A DNA stretch of 64,000 nucleotides from Octopus vulgaris (lineage: Eukaryota). The notes beneath the pieces are model-generated. The model saw only the letters and a list, made by a program, of their open reading frames with translations. It made no database searches and was not told the origin of the DNA. This document shows, piece by piece, positions 12,424-25,400 of the stretch; within the stretch, counting starts at the first letter, position 1; each line of letters opens with the position of its first letter. The stretch is taken from the NCBI GenBank assembly GCA_951406725.2, contig OX597815.1:37634001-37698000 (forward strand). The letters run 5' to 3'. A program made the translations under genes and the position numbers.

Positions 12424-12843
12424 GGCGCAGGAGTGGCTGTTTGGTAAGTAGCTTGCTAACCAACCACATGGTTCCGGGTTCAGTCCCACTGCGTGGCATC
12501 TTGGGCAAGTGTCTTCTGCTATAGCCCCGGGCCGACCAATGCCTTGTGAGTGGATTTGGTAGATGGAAACTGAAAGAAGCCTGTCGTATATATGTATATA
12601 TATATATAAGTGTGTGTGAATATGTTTGTGTGTCTGTGTTCGTTTCCCTAGCATTGCTTGACAACCGATGCTGGTGTGTTTACGTCCCCGTCACTTAGCG
12701 GTTCGGCAAAAGAGACTGATAGAATAAGTACTGGGCTTACAAAGAATAAGTCCCGGGGTCGATTTGCTCGACTAAAGGCGGTGCTCCAGCATGGCCGCAG
12801 TCAAATGACTGAAACAAGTAAAAAGAGTAAAAAAAAAAAAAAA
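12424..12843 (+). mobile_element. tRNA-derived SINE type B (octopus OK/OR-like) with internal microsatellite
   Basis: Head GGCGCAGGAGTGGCTG..GGTTCCGGGTTCAGTCCC and tail ATGACTGAAACAAGTAAAAAGAG; many copies in the window. Confidence 0.9.
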
Positions 12844-13849
12844 TATGAGAATGGCATAACAGGTAAACGTATGACTATAACATATTATAGATTTTACCCT
12901 ACCGCGTATCTTAGGCTCTTACCTTTTAAATTAATGTTGCTCATATCATAAATTGTATTTTTCACAAGATTGTTTTTCAAATATATATCTTAAATACAAT
13001 TAACGTTTAAAGTATTTTATTTAACCTTGGAGTGTGTTGTATGTGTGATCGTTATAGGTTAACTTTTATACACAAGTTTAGAAAATATCTCAAGGAAAAT
13101 GAATTTCTAATTGCTATGATAAAACCTTAATATCTGAGTTTATAGCTTTTTATGACAAGTATTAAATATGTCAGTTATAGTAGAACTTCTTGATGTGCGA
13201 GTTTATAACCTTGTTTTGTAGTTTAAAAAGTTCGTAATTCTGGAATTAATCGATTGCTGAATCATTCAGTAGTTGGAGGCCTATTCAACGATTGATATTT
13301 GTTTGTGCTTAGATGATTTCCAGTTTCAGTATCATGACTACTCATAAATACATTTAAAATATTTTTCGATATTTCACGAAATACTAGCGCAATTTCTTCG
13401 CACAAAAAATTGAATACACCCCACCAATTTATTTGAATTAGTGAGTTGGTTTTCTTCAGCATCACGCTAATCTATACTAATCTTTAACACAATTTTCCGG
13501 AAAATTACAAACTATGACTTAAACTAATGGCTAGATAATTGGCTTAGCAGTAGGTAGTAAGAAAATATCTTTATAATGTTCAAATGTATAATAATGTAAT
13601 GAAGAATTAGAAATTGTAATAAAATGTTGATGTCAAGGTTAGTTCTTTTAAAATAATTTGTATCAATCTCATTTTCAGGAGCAAGGTTTTGATAAAACCG
13701 GTTCTCATATATTGCATACATCATCTAGGATGTTTTATTCGCAACCCAATGAAAAAAGAAATGTCTTCAATCTTCTCTGAAAAAGTGAACTATGAGCCAG
13801 ATTGTATATTATAAGATTAACGTCTGAAATTTTGGGTTAGGTGCAAGTC

Positions 13850-14008
13850 TATTAAATCAACCCCAGTGCTCAACTGGTAATTATTTTATCAACCCTAAAA
13901 GGAATGAAGCCAAAGTCTATCTCGGCGGAATTTTGAACGCAGAACACAGGAAGAAATGTAGCTAAGCATTTTGTGCGGTATGCTTAGGATTCTGCCATCT
14001 CATTGCCA
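13850..14008 (-). mobile_element. Diverged SINE type A
   Basis: Reverse-complement similarity to the 4470 and 15921 core. Confidence 0.75.
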
Positions 14009-14184
14009 GAAGAATCAAGTTAATTAATAAGGGTTTCATGGAACAATCATTTAATGCATTACAACACAATAATAATGAAATTAAATATTTAGGTGTTTGG
14101 ACGAGTTAATCTAAATCTTCAGTGGCAGCTATGCCATGATAAATTGATCTCATTAGCGCGTGACTTTCTAAAGAAGCGGATAAT

Positions 14185-14403
14185 TGTTTTATATATAACG
14201 ACCTCTTCTTTATGTTTTATTACGAATCTGACCTTTCTTTTTAATGTATCAATGAAAATAAGTTATATGGGAAAAAATCAGTAACGAATATTAAAATATA
14301 TCGTGTCTAAATACGTGAACTGGTAATAACGAATATCTGAAAGTATAAAGTTATAAAGTATAAAGCTATAAAGTATAAAGAAGAGGTCGTTATGTATAAA
14401 ACA
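14185..14403. repeat. 219-bp segment bounded by a 28-bp inverted repeat (MITE-like)
   Basis: 14185-14212 versus 14376-14403: 27/28 complementary. Confidence 0.75.
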
Positions 14404-15558
14404 TATGCAGTATATATATGTTAAAAATACACACAGACAAAAAAAAACGATGCTGGTTTCTGCTGATTATATCTTGATTACACATTTCGCGAATAGAAAG
14501 CAACAATACGATTGCATTTCTCAAATGTTTAAGGTAATCAATTAGTTTCAATAAGAATCGAATCCGGTACAGTTGTAGCTTAAATCTTGTAAGTAGAATT
14601 CTACTGGCAACGACAAAGTGTTTATTTTTAAGTGCAGAGATAAGAGGGTGTAGAGTGTATGCTTTTGTTAAGGACACAATCAGTGAAACCAACGTGAAAT
14701 TGCTTGGACCAGAAATGTATTTGATTTATTTGTCATGAAGAGATATGCAATTTGCTAAAATTGTTAGATTAGTTCGGGTTGAAAATAAGCAATTTTACGG
14801 AAATGACGTGAGTTAATCCTGTAAGCCCGTTTATACATCTTTCGTTCTTTTACAAGACTAAACCAAATGATAGTTGCGAAGAACAGCTGCAATACAGGAA
14901 ATACAGCTATATAAATATCCATGCTTGCAAAGAAAGGTGCCAATTCAACATACATTTCATTCTAATTTATTCTTAAATTAATAATCTGTAACTGGACATT
15001 GACTTTAGAATTGATCTATGTGGCTTGTTTGTTTTTGCTATTCAAGTTTAACACGTTTTTGCTCCACCAGTCATCTGATTCGCAAATTTCCCAAGAAGTG
15101 ATACTATTTCAAAATCAATGTTTTACATTAGCATTGCTCTTGCTTGCTGACTCTTAACACTTGGTTATCCCTAACTGTACATGTGTGAACAGAAATATTT
15201 TAGTCGTGACGATTCCATAATTTTTTTTTTGCATATTGTGACTATGTTTACATTGGTCACTGTGTCTTGCGTTTTAAAAGACTGTAGTGAGATTTGACCA
15301 TTTATTCTAATTAACCGAGCAACCGAGTAGAGGCTTGGTCGTTTAGTCATTTGGGGAGCTGTGCTCTTATGAAGTAATTTTCACGTGGAAAAAATCTTAA
15401 GGCAATTATTTGTCTGTATAGAACACGCACCACGCATTCATATACACTCTCTCACGAACACTAAAAATTTGAAGCATTTTGGCCTCAGTAATTTCGTATC
15501 TCATCGTGGTTTACAATGAAATTTTCAGTATTAAAAAATCAACTAGGTTTTTTATCCA

Positions 15559-15709
15559 CTTCTATAGCTTTATACTTTCAGATATTCGTTATTACCAGTT
15601 CAGGTATTTAGACACGACATATTTTAATATTCGTTACTGATTTTTTCCCATGTAACTTATTTCCATTAATATATTAAAAAGAAAGGTCAGATTCGTAATA
15701 AAACGTAAA
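15559..15709. repeat. Inverted copy of ~14209-14370
   Basis: TTTCAGATATTCGTTATTACCAGTTCA..AAAGGTCAGATTCGTAATAAAAC is the reverse complement of the left copy. Confidence 0.9.
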
Positions 15710-15920
15710 TTATGGGAATATAATTTTTTATCAATTTCAGAATTCTCATGAGAAAAGAAAAACGGTGTTAGAAAATAATGACCTTAGAAATTTATTCCAT
15801 TTAAATACTTACTGTCTTAATGAATGTTTGATCTCTGCTGTAAAATATACAATGCATAATCATGGAAATTCATTATTTTGTATTTCTTTTAAGTTTTCTC
15901 TTCAATATATTCTCACACGA

Positions 15921-16152
15921 AGGGCGGCGTGATTGCAGAAACGTTAGCGCGCCGGGCGAAATGTTTTCCAGTATTTCGTCTGCAGCTACGTTCTGAGTTC
16001 AAATTCCGCCGAGGTCGACTTTGCCTTTCATCCTTTCGGGGTCGATAAATTAAGTACCAGTTACGTACTGGGATCGACTTAATCGGCCTAATCTCTTTGT
16101 CTGTTCTTGTTTGTCCCCTCTGTGTTTAGCCCCTTGTGGGTAGTAAAGAGAT
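15921..16152 (+). mobile_element. SINE type A with 16-bp TSD
   Basis: TSD ATATATTCTCACA(C/T)GA at 15905-15920 and 16153-16168. Confidence 0.92.
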
Positions 16153-16955
16153 ATATATTCTCACATGATATATTTAAGGTTGGTAATTTCAATTAAAATT
16201 TTCTACCCCTTAGTTTTCAATGACTTGAAACGATGTCGTGATATCAGTCTGATGTATTTCTTCCTTTCCTCGATAAATCTGTACAAGATTCATTTACAGT
16301 TTATAGTGATGTTTAAATGTCAAAGTTTCGTTTGTAATTCTGTATGCCTTCTTATCGTACATATGATAAAAGGACGATTTGTCTAAAACGATTCTCATTA
16401 CTTCTAATATGCTGAACACTACATAAAAAGTATTCTAAATTTTGTTTTGGCTTGAAAAAGAAAATCACTGGATAATATTTTTTGATATGTAAAGTAGAAC
16501 ACAGCACGCATATCAGGCTTTGACATTAAACTATTTTGAAAGAGAAATGTCAATAAAAAAAAATGTTATATCGAATGTTTGATAAACACTGAACTCTCTG
16601 TAGTTTTGTCCACCACGCTGTAAATAAATAATATGGGAATGTGAAACTGATCATTATGAAAAAAAGAAAGAGAAAAAGATCATGGGACTCAAATGTGTTT
16701 TGTTCTGTTGCACTGCAAACATAAAATACATTAGAAAAGCACTGTCCAAAATTCAAACGCATTAGATACAACTGATTAGAAAAAGTGGAGCGGATGTATA
16801 TTTGTATGAAGCTAATTTGCGGTAATTGATGATTTATAGGTGTCAACAAACCACATCGGCATTCCAGTTAAGAAAAGTTGAATATTTTCATTATCTCTTA
16901 ATTTTCAAACTTAAATAATTTCGATTTTGTTAGACGGCAAATTAGAGACAATGTA

Positions 16956-16956
<1 letters not shown>

Positions 16957-17030
<74 letters not shown>
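16957..17030. repeat. (CA)n microsatellite
   Basis: Direct reading. Confidence 0.95.
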
Positions 17031-17769
17031 TCACACAAAGTGATTCGAATCAGTTAACATTGAACAAACATATTTAGATTGCACTTTTCGCAAGTCGGTA
17101 ATGAAATTTTTGCCGTTGCAATTTACTACCAATGTGAGATCACTTCATAACGGTCCGATTTCGTAGGCGGCATTGGACTCAATACAGACATCTATTGAAA
17201 CACATAGATTAAAAGTGATTTTGCTTCATTGAGCAGCAAGGTGTATCAAATCAGTATATCTGTATACTCGGAAATGTCAGATCTAGAATTCAACTTCTTA
17301 CAGTTGACTGACAATCTGCCGATTGCGACTGGGAATTTGATATTTTGTTCATTCTGAATCTACAAATTGATGGAGAAGATAAATAAAACTGTAGATGAAA
17401 CAAAACAACTTTAGCATTATGTGTGTGTGAGCGCCCGCGCTCGCGTGCATTTCTTGATGAAACTTATATTAACATTAAGCATTATGCCAGTCTAAAAGGC
17501 ATACGTAAATTTCGGTATAGGTCTTCTTTATTACAAAGTTTTGTTTACAACATTCTTAGTAAAAAAGGTTGGCTCCTATATAACAATTACGAACCGAAGA
17601 ATAACACCTACTAGCTTCGAATACAAACAGGGCTTTGGGCATGCATCGTACAATGATTCCTGTACTTGATAAGAACATTGCAAACAATTATTGAGTTTAC
17701 CTGCAATTGTCTCACATCTTTCAGTGCACGACCGCAGGAAAATTGCAAATGTCAAAGAAAAGAGCATGC

Positions 17770-17915
17770 AGTAAGTAGCTTGCTTGCCAACCACATGGTT
17801 CCGGGTTCAGGTCCACCGCGTGGTAACTTGAGAAAGTGTCTTCTAGTATAGTCTCGGACCGACTAAAGCCTTGTGAGTGGATTTAGTAGACGGAAACTGA
17901 AAGAAGTCCGTCGTA

Positions 17916-17920
<5 letters not shown>
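17770..17920 (+). mobile_element. SINE type B, 5' half
   Basis: Matches ~12445-12590. Confidence 0.85.
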
Positions 17921-17956
<36 letters not shown>

Positions 17957-18486
17957 AGTACAGATAAAGGGTGAATTATAATTAATTTAATAAAATCAAC
18001 ACATTTCACCAAGTAGTATTTCGGTATGGAAAAGGAGCATATTCGGTAAAATTATATGTAATTATAACAATGAGGGTATTTGCAAGAAGTTCCTAGACCA
18101 CATACCGAAAGTATTAGAAATAGCAGCCAGAGGACTGTTATTTCTTTTACTACAAAAATATGTCCCCATCGACAACAGTATTTGTAATATAGCAAAAAAA
18201 CGAAGAAAAATAACGAAATCAAACAGTCCACGATCAATTATGGACGCATACGTTTCTGGATTAGAATCAAAGATTCATTTCTTTCATCAACATAATATTC
18301 CGATAAATAAATCTAGAAATGCTAGGAAATCTTACCCTCCATATTTCCGACCAGGCGACATCGGGGCATACAGAAGCTAATCAGCAAACCCACATTTATA
18401 TAGACAAGTGAATTCGTATCTCCCTCCAGAATTTCTACCACGTGAGTCACAACATAATACTGCCGAAAATAAATTCGTAGTTATAT

Positions 18487-18631
18487 TTATTATTATTATT
18501 ATTATTATCATTATTATTATTATTATTCAGGTCAGTGACCTAAATAATAATAATGATAATAATAATAACAATAACAACAATAATATAATAACAACAACAA
18601 CAACAACAATAATAATAATAATAACAACAAC

Positions 18632-18718
<87 letters not shown>
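18487..18718. repeat. (ATT)n then (AAT/AAC)n microsatellites around a 13-bp palindrome
   Basis: Direct reading; AGGTCAGTGACCT at 18529-18541. Confidence 0.9.
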
Positions 18719-18719
<1 letters not shown>

Positions 18720-19273
18720 GCCCTGATGCAGTACCAGGCAGTGGCTCTCATGGCTTCTGATCTTAACTGATTGGAAGTGTTATCATGTACATTGTTTTGT
18801 CTTGGTATAAAAGATGGGCTACAGCAAATATTCTGCTCAATACCACAGATTTGCTTGTCAGTTGTTTGACCTTAACCAGTTGAGCATGTCCCTTAGTGGC
18901 TGACGATATGTGCATCTCTGATCACGAGCAGAAGTAGTGGGGGAGCATCATAGCCATGTGTTGAGAGGGATTCTTTGGGGTTTGAATAATTCACCTCTGG
19001 AAACATGGGTGGTTCTTTCAACATCCTTAAACAACCCTTATTCAGGGACCTTTTGAGCGGGATGGGCTACTCAACCTGAAGAAAATTCTAACTGGGCCCC
19101 ACCTGCAAGGTCATGTGCTGTTTATCTTGATATGAGATCACCATGTCGCGCACATATGGTTGTGATGCATGTGCCTGGTGTACCCTTATCAGACGGGTAG
19201 TCATGATGGGTATCTTGGGCTTCGTATATTTTACCCCAGTGTCACTTTGATGGCATGCACTGCTCTCTCACTC
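18719..19273. mobile_element. ~555-bp non-coding element embedded in (AAT)n
   Basis: Higher-GC block flanked on both sides by (AAT)n; no recognisable ORF; classification inferred. Confidence 0.55.
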
Positions 19274-19349
<76 letters not shown>

Positions 19350-19350
<1 letters not shown>

Positions 19351-19495
19351 CATCGTAAAATACCTTAGGAATGAGAAATCAGGTTCGAAATTTCTCCAAG
19401 ACACCTAACGAAGGCTGGGGAGTATATCAGCCGAAACGTTGTGCTAACAACTAACAAAATGAAGACAAACATCCCTGAAATAATATAAATAAATG
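19350..19495 (+). mobile_element. Penelope-like terminal fragment with hammerhead-like motif
   Basis: CAC-CTAACGA-A-GGCTG..CAGCC-GAAAC-GTT-GTG. Confidence 0.6.
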
Positions 19496-19499
19496 ATGG

Positions 19500-20217
19500 G
19501 CATGCTATACTGTTTGGCATTCGCGCCGGACGCTCCCATACAAACATTTCAGAGTGTTTGGTTGTCAATCTGAGAACAGTGCAAAGTGAGGACATGTACT
19601 GAGAGTGATAAAAATCAAACATCCAGTCAGTATCATGGTGTTTGGAGTGATCACTAGTGATGGTGACATTATGCTTCCATTCATCTTCCTAAACGGCCAC
19701 AGACTCAACATGGAGGCCTACAGCAAGCGACTTGAGGAGGTAGGCCTGCTATGTGTCAAAAGGATGGCTGCTGGAAGACTCTCCGTCGGTCAACAGGACT
19801 CTGCACCATGCCACACAAATATGAGAACCCAGTGATAGCTGTGAGATAATTTCTGCGACCACATCACACCTGATATCTGGCCACCTAACCCCAAGACTGC
19901 AAACCCTTGATTATTATGTATGGGATACATTTGAGCGAGAGACCAACAAAACTCCTTGTAACACCAAAGATTAACTGAAGGCAAGGAATATGGCAGCATT
20001 AAAGTGAAACAAGAAGACTGTCCAAAGGAGTTGCAGGAGATTCCGAAGTCGTCTGAAGACCCTGGTTGAAGTTAATGGCAATTTTATTGAAAAAATGTAC
20101 TTTTTAGTATTTCAAGATATTTGTATGTGATTTTGGTAAATATATCTGTTAAAATGAGATGTTGGTGTTATTTTCATTTTTGTACAATTTAGACGACAAT
20201 TTATTCCCCGCACCCTG
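19500..20217 (+). mobile_element. Decayed maT (DD37D) element, 3' part
   Basis: KHPVSIMVFGVITSDGD..QQDSAPCH..DNFCDHITPDIWPPN..DCKPLDYYVW; right TIR GACAATTTATTCCCCGCACCCTG(TA). Confidence 0.88.
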
Positions 20218-20300
20218 TATGCGTGTGTGTGTGTGTGTGTGTTTGTGTGTGTGTATGTGTGTATACGTGTGTAAAGACAGGCTAACAAACAGATAGACAA

Positions 20301-20335
<35 letters not shown>

Positions 20336-20584
20336 TGAAAGTTGAAATCAGGATTCAGTGAAAAGCTGCCCATCGTTGGGAGCGCTGGAACAAAATATAT
20401 TGAAGTACCTATTCTACCTTAGTTTGTATGTGTGTGTGTGTGTGTGTGTGCGTGTGTGCGTGTGTGCGCGTATGTATGTATGGTTGGATGGATGAACATA
20501 TACGTATGTATATATGCATGTATTCATATGTAAATTTGTGTATATGTATATGTGTGTGTGGTGTGTTTGTGTGTATGTGTGTGT

Positions 20585-20619
<35 letters not shown>

Positions 20620-21627
20620 TGTGTGTTAATGACAGTTTTTATGGTCCATTTAAATACTCCAGCGTCTCTCAATCGGAATCGTACCGATTGGATCAATGCG
20701 CTGGAAGATATTAATAATAATGTGCTAGTTTTGGCAATTGTTTGATAAAAAGTTCAAAGATATACAAAACTAAATATCATAAGACATTTCATTCGCAGTC
20801 TGTTGATTCTGAATATCTAACACTCTGTTTAAACCAATTCGTAATGACTACAATTATACGGAGAAAGGTTTGAAATGTTTGGGAGAAGGACATAATTATT
20901 TACATAAAATGCCGCTACTTCATTACTGATATCGAACCATGAAGGGTAATGGACAAAATCGTTGTGTACTGGATTTGATCTCACTTTCTCGAACTGGGAG
21001 CAATGACTGCTATGATCAACATAGGTCAGATTTAACTCAGAATATAAAGAGACGTAACAAAATATTGAAAAACATTTTCTAGGCAGATCTCTCGATTCTG
21101 AAATTCACCACTCTAATGTGATAGCTATTAATAAATAATTTCTTGTATTTCATGCTTTCTCTAATGTACCATCACTGATGATATATGGGGAAATATTTTA
21201 TATCAAATATTCAAATACAGAATTTTATATCAACGGCATACGAAGAGCAGTTGCCAGCTTTTGTTCTGCGTGCAACACCCCTCTAACTGCTTATGTTCAA
21301 CGATGTGTATATCATCTTTTTTCATTGTCACTCTTTTTCGCTAGACATTTCCACTTTTGCAATTATATCAACTACACTCTCTCTACCCACCATGTAACAC
21401 GCACTGGCACGCACACATGTAATCACACCACCGCGCACACACACACCTCTGGTTTTGTTATCCTTTCTGTCATTTTGTCTTTCACAGTATCCCCTTGTGG
21501 GAGTTATAACTATCTCTACCAGCTTTAAACTTACCATCACTTTTACACTCATGGTTTAGCTTAGATGTCTTTGTTCCTGCTTATGTGTCTGCTTATCTGC
21601 ACATACCTCCCTTACTTTGCGTCTTTC

Positions 21628-21677
<50 letters not shown>

Positions 21678-21972
21678 AACACATACCCACACGCACCCTC
21701 GTGCACACGCACACACACACATTCGCAAATGTATGCAGTGATGCTTGTGCTTCATACACGCTCATGATGAACCAAATGACTTATAAACTAAGTGAGCACT
21801 CAATACATTTACTAGAGCATAAAATTGGAATTTTTCCAATGAAGAAGTACAAAGTGATTTTTATGTCAGTCAAAGGCAGAATTTGAATGCCAATATCAAA
21901 ATATTTTCCTTGTAAGTATGTATGTATGTATGTATGTATGTATGTATGTATGTATGTATGTATGTATGTATG

Positions 21973-22003
<31 letters not shown>

Positions 22004-22299
22004 TGATATGTGAATATATGAGTATATGTATGTGTGTGTGTGTGTGTTAATGTCTGTTTTAACATTAAACAGAGGAATTACTCAAGACTTCTTTGGGAGT
22101 ACACATTATAATTTTTACAAGACAACGACGTCGAAGTTTAGGCGTGATAACCTTCATCGGACAGTCCAACGAAGACTGGCAGGCTGTAATTTCGAAGTCC
22201 TTACCTTCTCTCCCTTCGTAAAAGTATAACATACATATGTACATACATACATAGATGCATGTATGCGTACATGCATATGTACATACATACATGTATACG

Positions 22300-22673
22300 A
22301 CTACTGAGGGGCTAAGAAAAACCTGGGTAGCAATTCTTACACTTAAAAAATGAAGTGGAACGATCGTCTCCAATGGTATAAATATTTTTGTTCATTTTGG
22401 CCTTAAGCCCATTATCATTCCTGGTACAAAATAAAAAAACGGTTACATGCTAGGGTCTGCAACTGATAGAGATATTAATGTAACCCATAATTTCTTTGTG
22501 GATGACCTCAATATTTATAAGAGTGGATGTGTGGTAAGTAGCTTGCTTACTTCCGGGTTCACTCGAACTGCTTGGCACCTTGGGCAAGTGTCTTCTACTA
22601 TAGCCTCGGGCCGACCAAAGCCTTGTGAGTGGATTTGGTAAACAAAAGCTGAAACAAGCCCGTCGTATATATG

Positions 22674-22718
<45 letters not shown>

Positions 22719-23415
22719 GTGTATGTATGTATGTATGTATCTATGTATGTATGTATGTATGGATGTATGTATGTATGTATGTAAGTATGTATGCGTGTGT
22801 ATACGTTCGTGTGTCTGTGTTTGTCCCCCAAACATCGTTTGACAACCGATGCTGGTGTGTTTACGTCCCCGTAACTTAGCGTTTCGGCATAAGAGAGCTG
22901 ATAGAATAAGTACTAGGCTTACAAAGAATAAGTCCTGTGGTCGATTTACTTGACTAATGGTGGTGCTACAGCATGGCCACTGTCAAATGACCGAAACAAG
23001 TAAAAGAGTAAAAGAATTCAAAAAACAAAAAGACAGCTGGAATTTAAAATAACATTTTCAACTGATATAGGAATGGAATTCTGTCAAAGGAAATCTTCAA
23101 ATTTGATTGATGAATGGGGAAAATAAGTCCTCGAAACCCGAAACCTGTGCATCAATGGTCTCATTATCTCTGCCGTCCCTTACAAAGAATACTACAAGTA
23201 CCTAGATATTGATGAAAACATATAAAAAGGTGATGTGAGATAAGATAGTGTGACCCAAGAATATTATACAGACTTAGAAAAGTACGACTGTCCGAACTCT
23301 CCTCTCACAAGACTATTCTACAATGCGTTTGCAATACCAGTGCTGATTTCGAAATTTGGGATACTTCACTGGTGTATGAGGAAATCCACTTTATAGACGT
23401 TACATCTGCAAAATG
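22300..23415 (+). mobile_element. R4/Dong-type LINE RT relic split by a type B SINE
   Basis: FILALSPLSF..VTHNFFVDDLNIY before the SINE; DIGMEF, YKYLDIDEN and NAFAIPVL after it. Confidence 0.75.
22518..23016 (+). mobile_element. SINE type B with expanded internal (TA)/(TATG)n
   Basis: Collinear with the 12424 copy. Confidence 0.9.
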
Positions 23416-23689
23416 CTGACATACATACATACATACATATGGTCTGTACTTATCAAAAAAGCTTTGTCCTGAAGTATATGTATGTTGAGTTCTAATACCA
23501 GGCTATTAATATTGCTATTCTTAAGGGAAATCTTAAAACACACCACACATACACACACACACACACACACACTCACACACATATGCACACACACTCATGC
23601 GTACACACACATACATACACATATATGTATATATACATATACATATATAGTTATGATGTTATCAGCCTCTTGTATGCAAACTTAGACAA

Positions 23690-25400
23690 GGGATGCACTT
23701 CGACACTTGGTGGTTAAAAGATGTTTTCTGAATGGATATGATGCGACCTTGAAAGGAATTTTTGGATTGATGTTAATCCTCTGCCGCCTGGTTTCCGTTT
23801 TAGGTAGATATGGTCTACGTCACTGTTTATGTGGAAATTATGTTTGCTTGTTCGTATTTTTCGGTTTTTTTCATCAATGGCTCGGATCTCATCAAGCGGC
23901 CAATCAAGCAGCCCAAATGTCGATATGAGTACTGGCACTGCAAACACAATTTGGGCCACTGTTTTATTGAATGCAGAGAGGTCTGAGCTCCAAATTTTCT
24001 TTATTCGGCTGTAATATTCTATAGCGACACGTGTTTTGTTACAGGTGCCATTGTAAGATATGTTTTCATCCATTCCTAGATACCTGTAACATTTTTCGTC
24101 AGATATAGGAGGAACAGTCAAATCATTGATGGAGATGTTACTAGTCGGGTTTATAGTTTCCCCCTTGGCACAACTCTATAACAACATTTATCCTGACCAA
24201 ACTCCAACTCTACATCCTTTGAGAACGTAATTAGAGCAATGATCTTATTCATCTCATGCATATTTTTTGCCTAAAGTTTTAAGTCATCCACAAAAAACTG
24301 TGTAATTTTAGTATTTCTGTTTCCTTGTGAACCACTGAGATATCCTTCAGACTTCCTTAACATGAATGACAAGGGGTTTGCAGAAATCATAAACATCACA
24401 TTGAGGCTGTCCCTTTGGAATATGCTTTTGTTATACTGTATTCTATCAGTGATAATACAGCCACTCTTTGTGTTTAATTTCAAGATGGTGGCCCACGATG
24501 AAGTCTGGTCAGCTATGGCTTTGACTATGCTCACAGGAACTTTAGCAAGTTGAAAGACATCTAGCATCCATGAGTGCAGGCAGGGTTAAAGACTTTCTTG
24601 TAGGCTTTCCACATTGAAACTAGGTTCCGCATATGCTCTTGCACCTCTGACATCAGAGTTTTGCTGATTAAAATTGGCTCAGCACATCCCCAAGCTCCCT
24701 TTTCCCCAGCTGTTTGTTCTGCGGTGATGATGTCATTGGTTTCACAATGGTCCTTAAGGAAGAGGTTTAAACATACTGTATATATCTTATACATAAATTC
24801 TGGTATGCAATTGACCGGTAGATTTTTGCCATGTGTGTGGTTCTGCATTTGGGGATCAATTTTGTCTCTGCCAGAGCTACTGTTTCCAATGAGAGCTTGC
24901 TGGTACAGATTGATAAGGTATGGTCGGTAGAACGTGAGATTCTTGTACCAATATCCAATAATCAAGTCTCTTCCAGGTGCCTGCTATTTACCATAGTCGC
25001 AGTAGGGGGACAGTGGTCAGTTACTTGAGTCAGTAATGTAGTTTGGCTGGCAGGCACCATGGAATCTGTTGGAATGTCGCTAGCTGTGACACCACGTGGT
25101 GGTCTTGTATCATTCACGTTTTCGTTCTTGTTTATAGAATTGGGAAGAAGGTTAATTTTCGAATTCTTAAGAAAGTTACAGTTATTAAACTTCTTCCTAT
25201 GTATTAGAAATGTTGTCTGTTGGCGTAGCTGCTTCGCTGTAAAATGATATAATCCTGGATGCAGATTATTATATGGTTTCAGTCGATTCGTATAGCCAAC
25301 AGCGGGGTTTTCTTCCGCTTTATTGTAGCAATTAAATAGACCAGTATTTAATTCATAATTCCAAGGGAAATGAGTTTTTTGTAATTACAGTTTCTTCTAT
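23690..25400 (-). mobile_element. R4/Dong-clade non-LTR retrotransposon relic
   Basis: IITAEQTAGEKGAWGC, AYKKVFN, IFQRDSL, FFVDDLKL, YRYLGMDE and IWSSDLSAFNKTVA..FAVPVL..FGLLDW in RT order, with frameshifts. Confidence 0.88.

Noticed and set aside
18408-18770. Poly-Ile/Asn ORF
   Set aside because: Artefact of (ATT)/(AAT) trinucleotide repeats.
20653-20706. Hairpin TCCAGCG..CAATCGG/CCGATTG..CGCTGGA as a pre-miRNA
   Set aside because: Short, with a large asymmetric internal loop, and no mature miRNA that I recognise.
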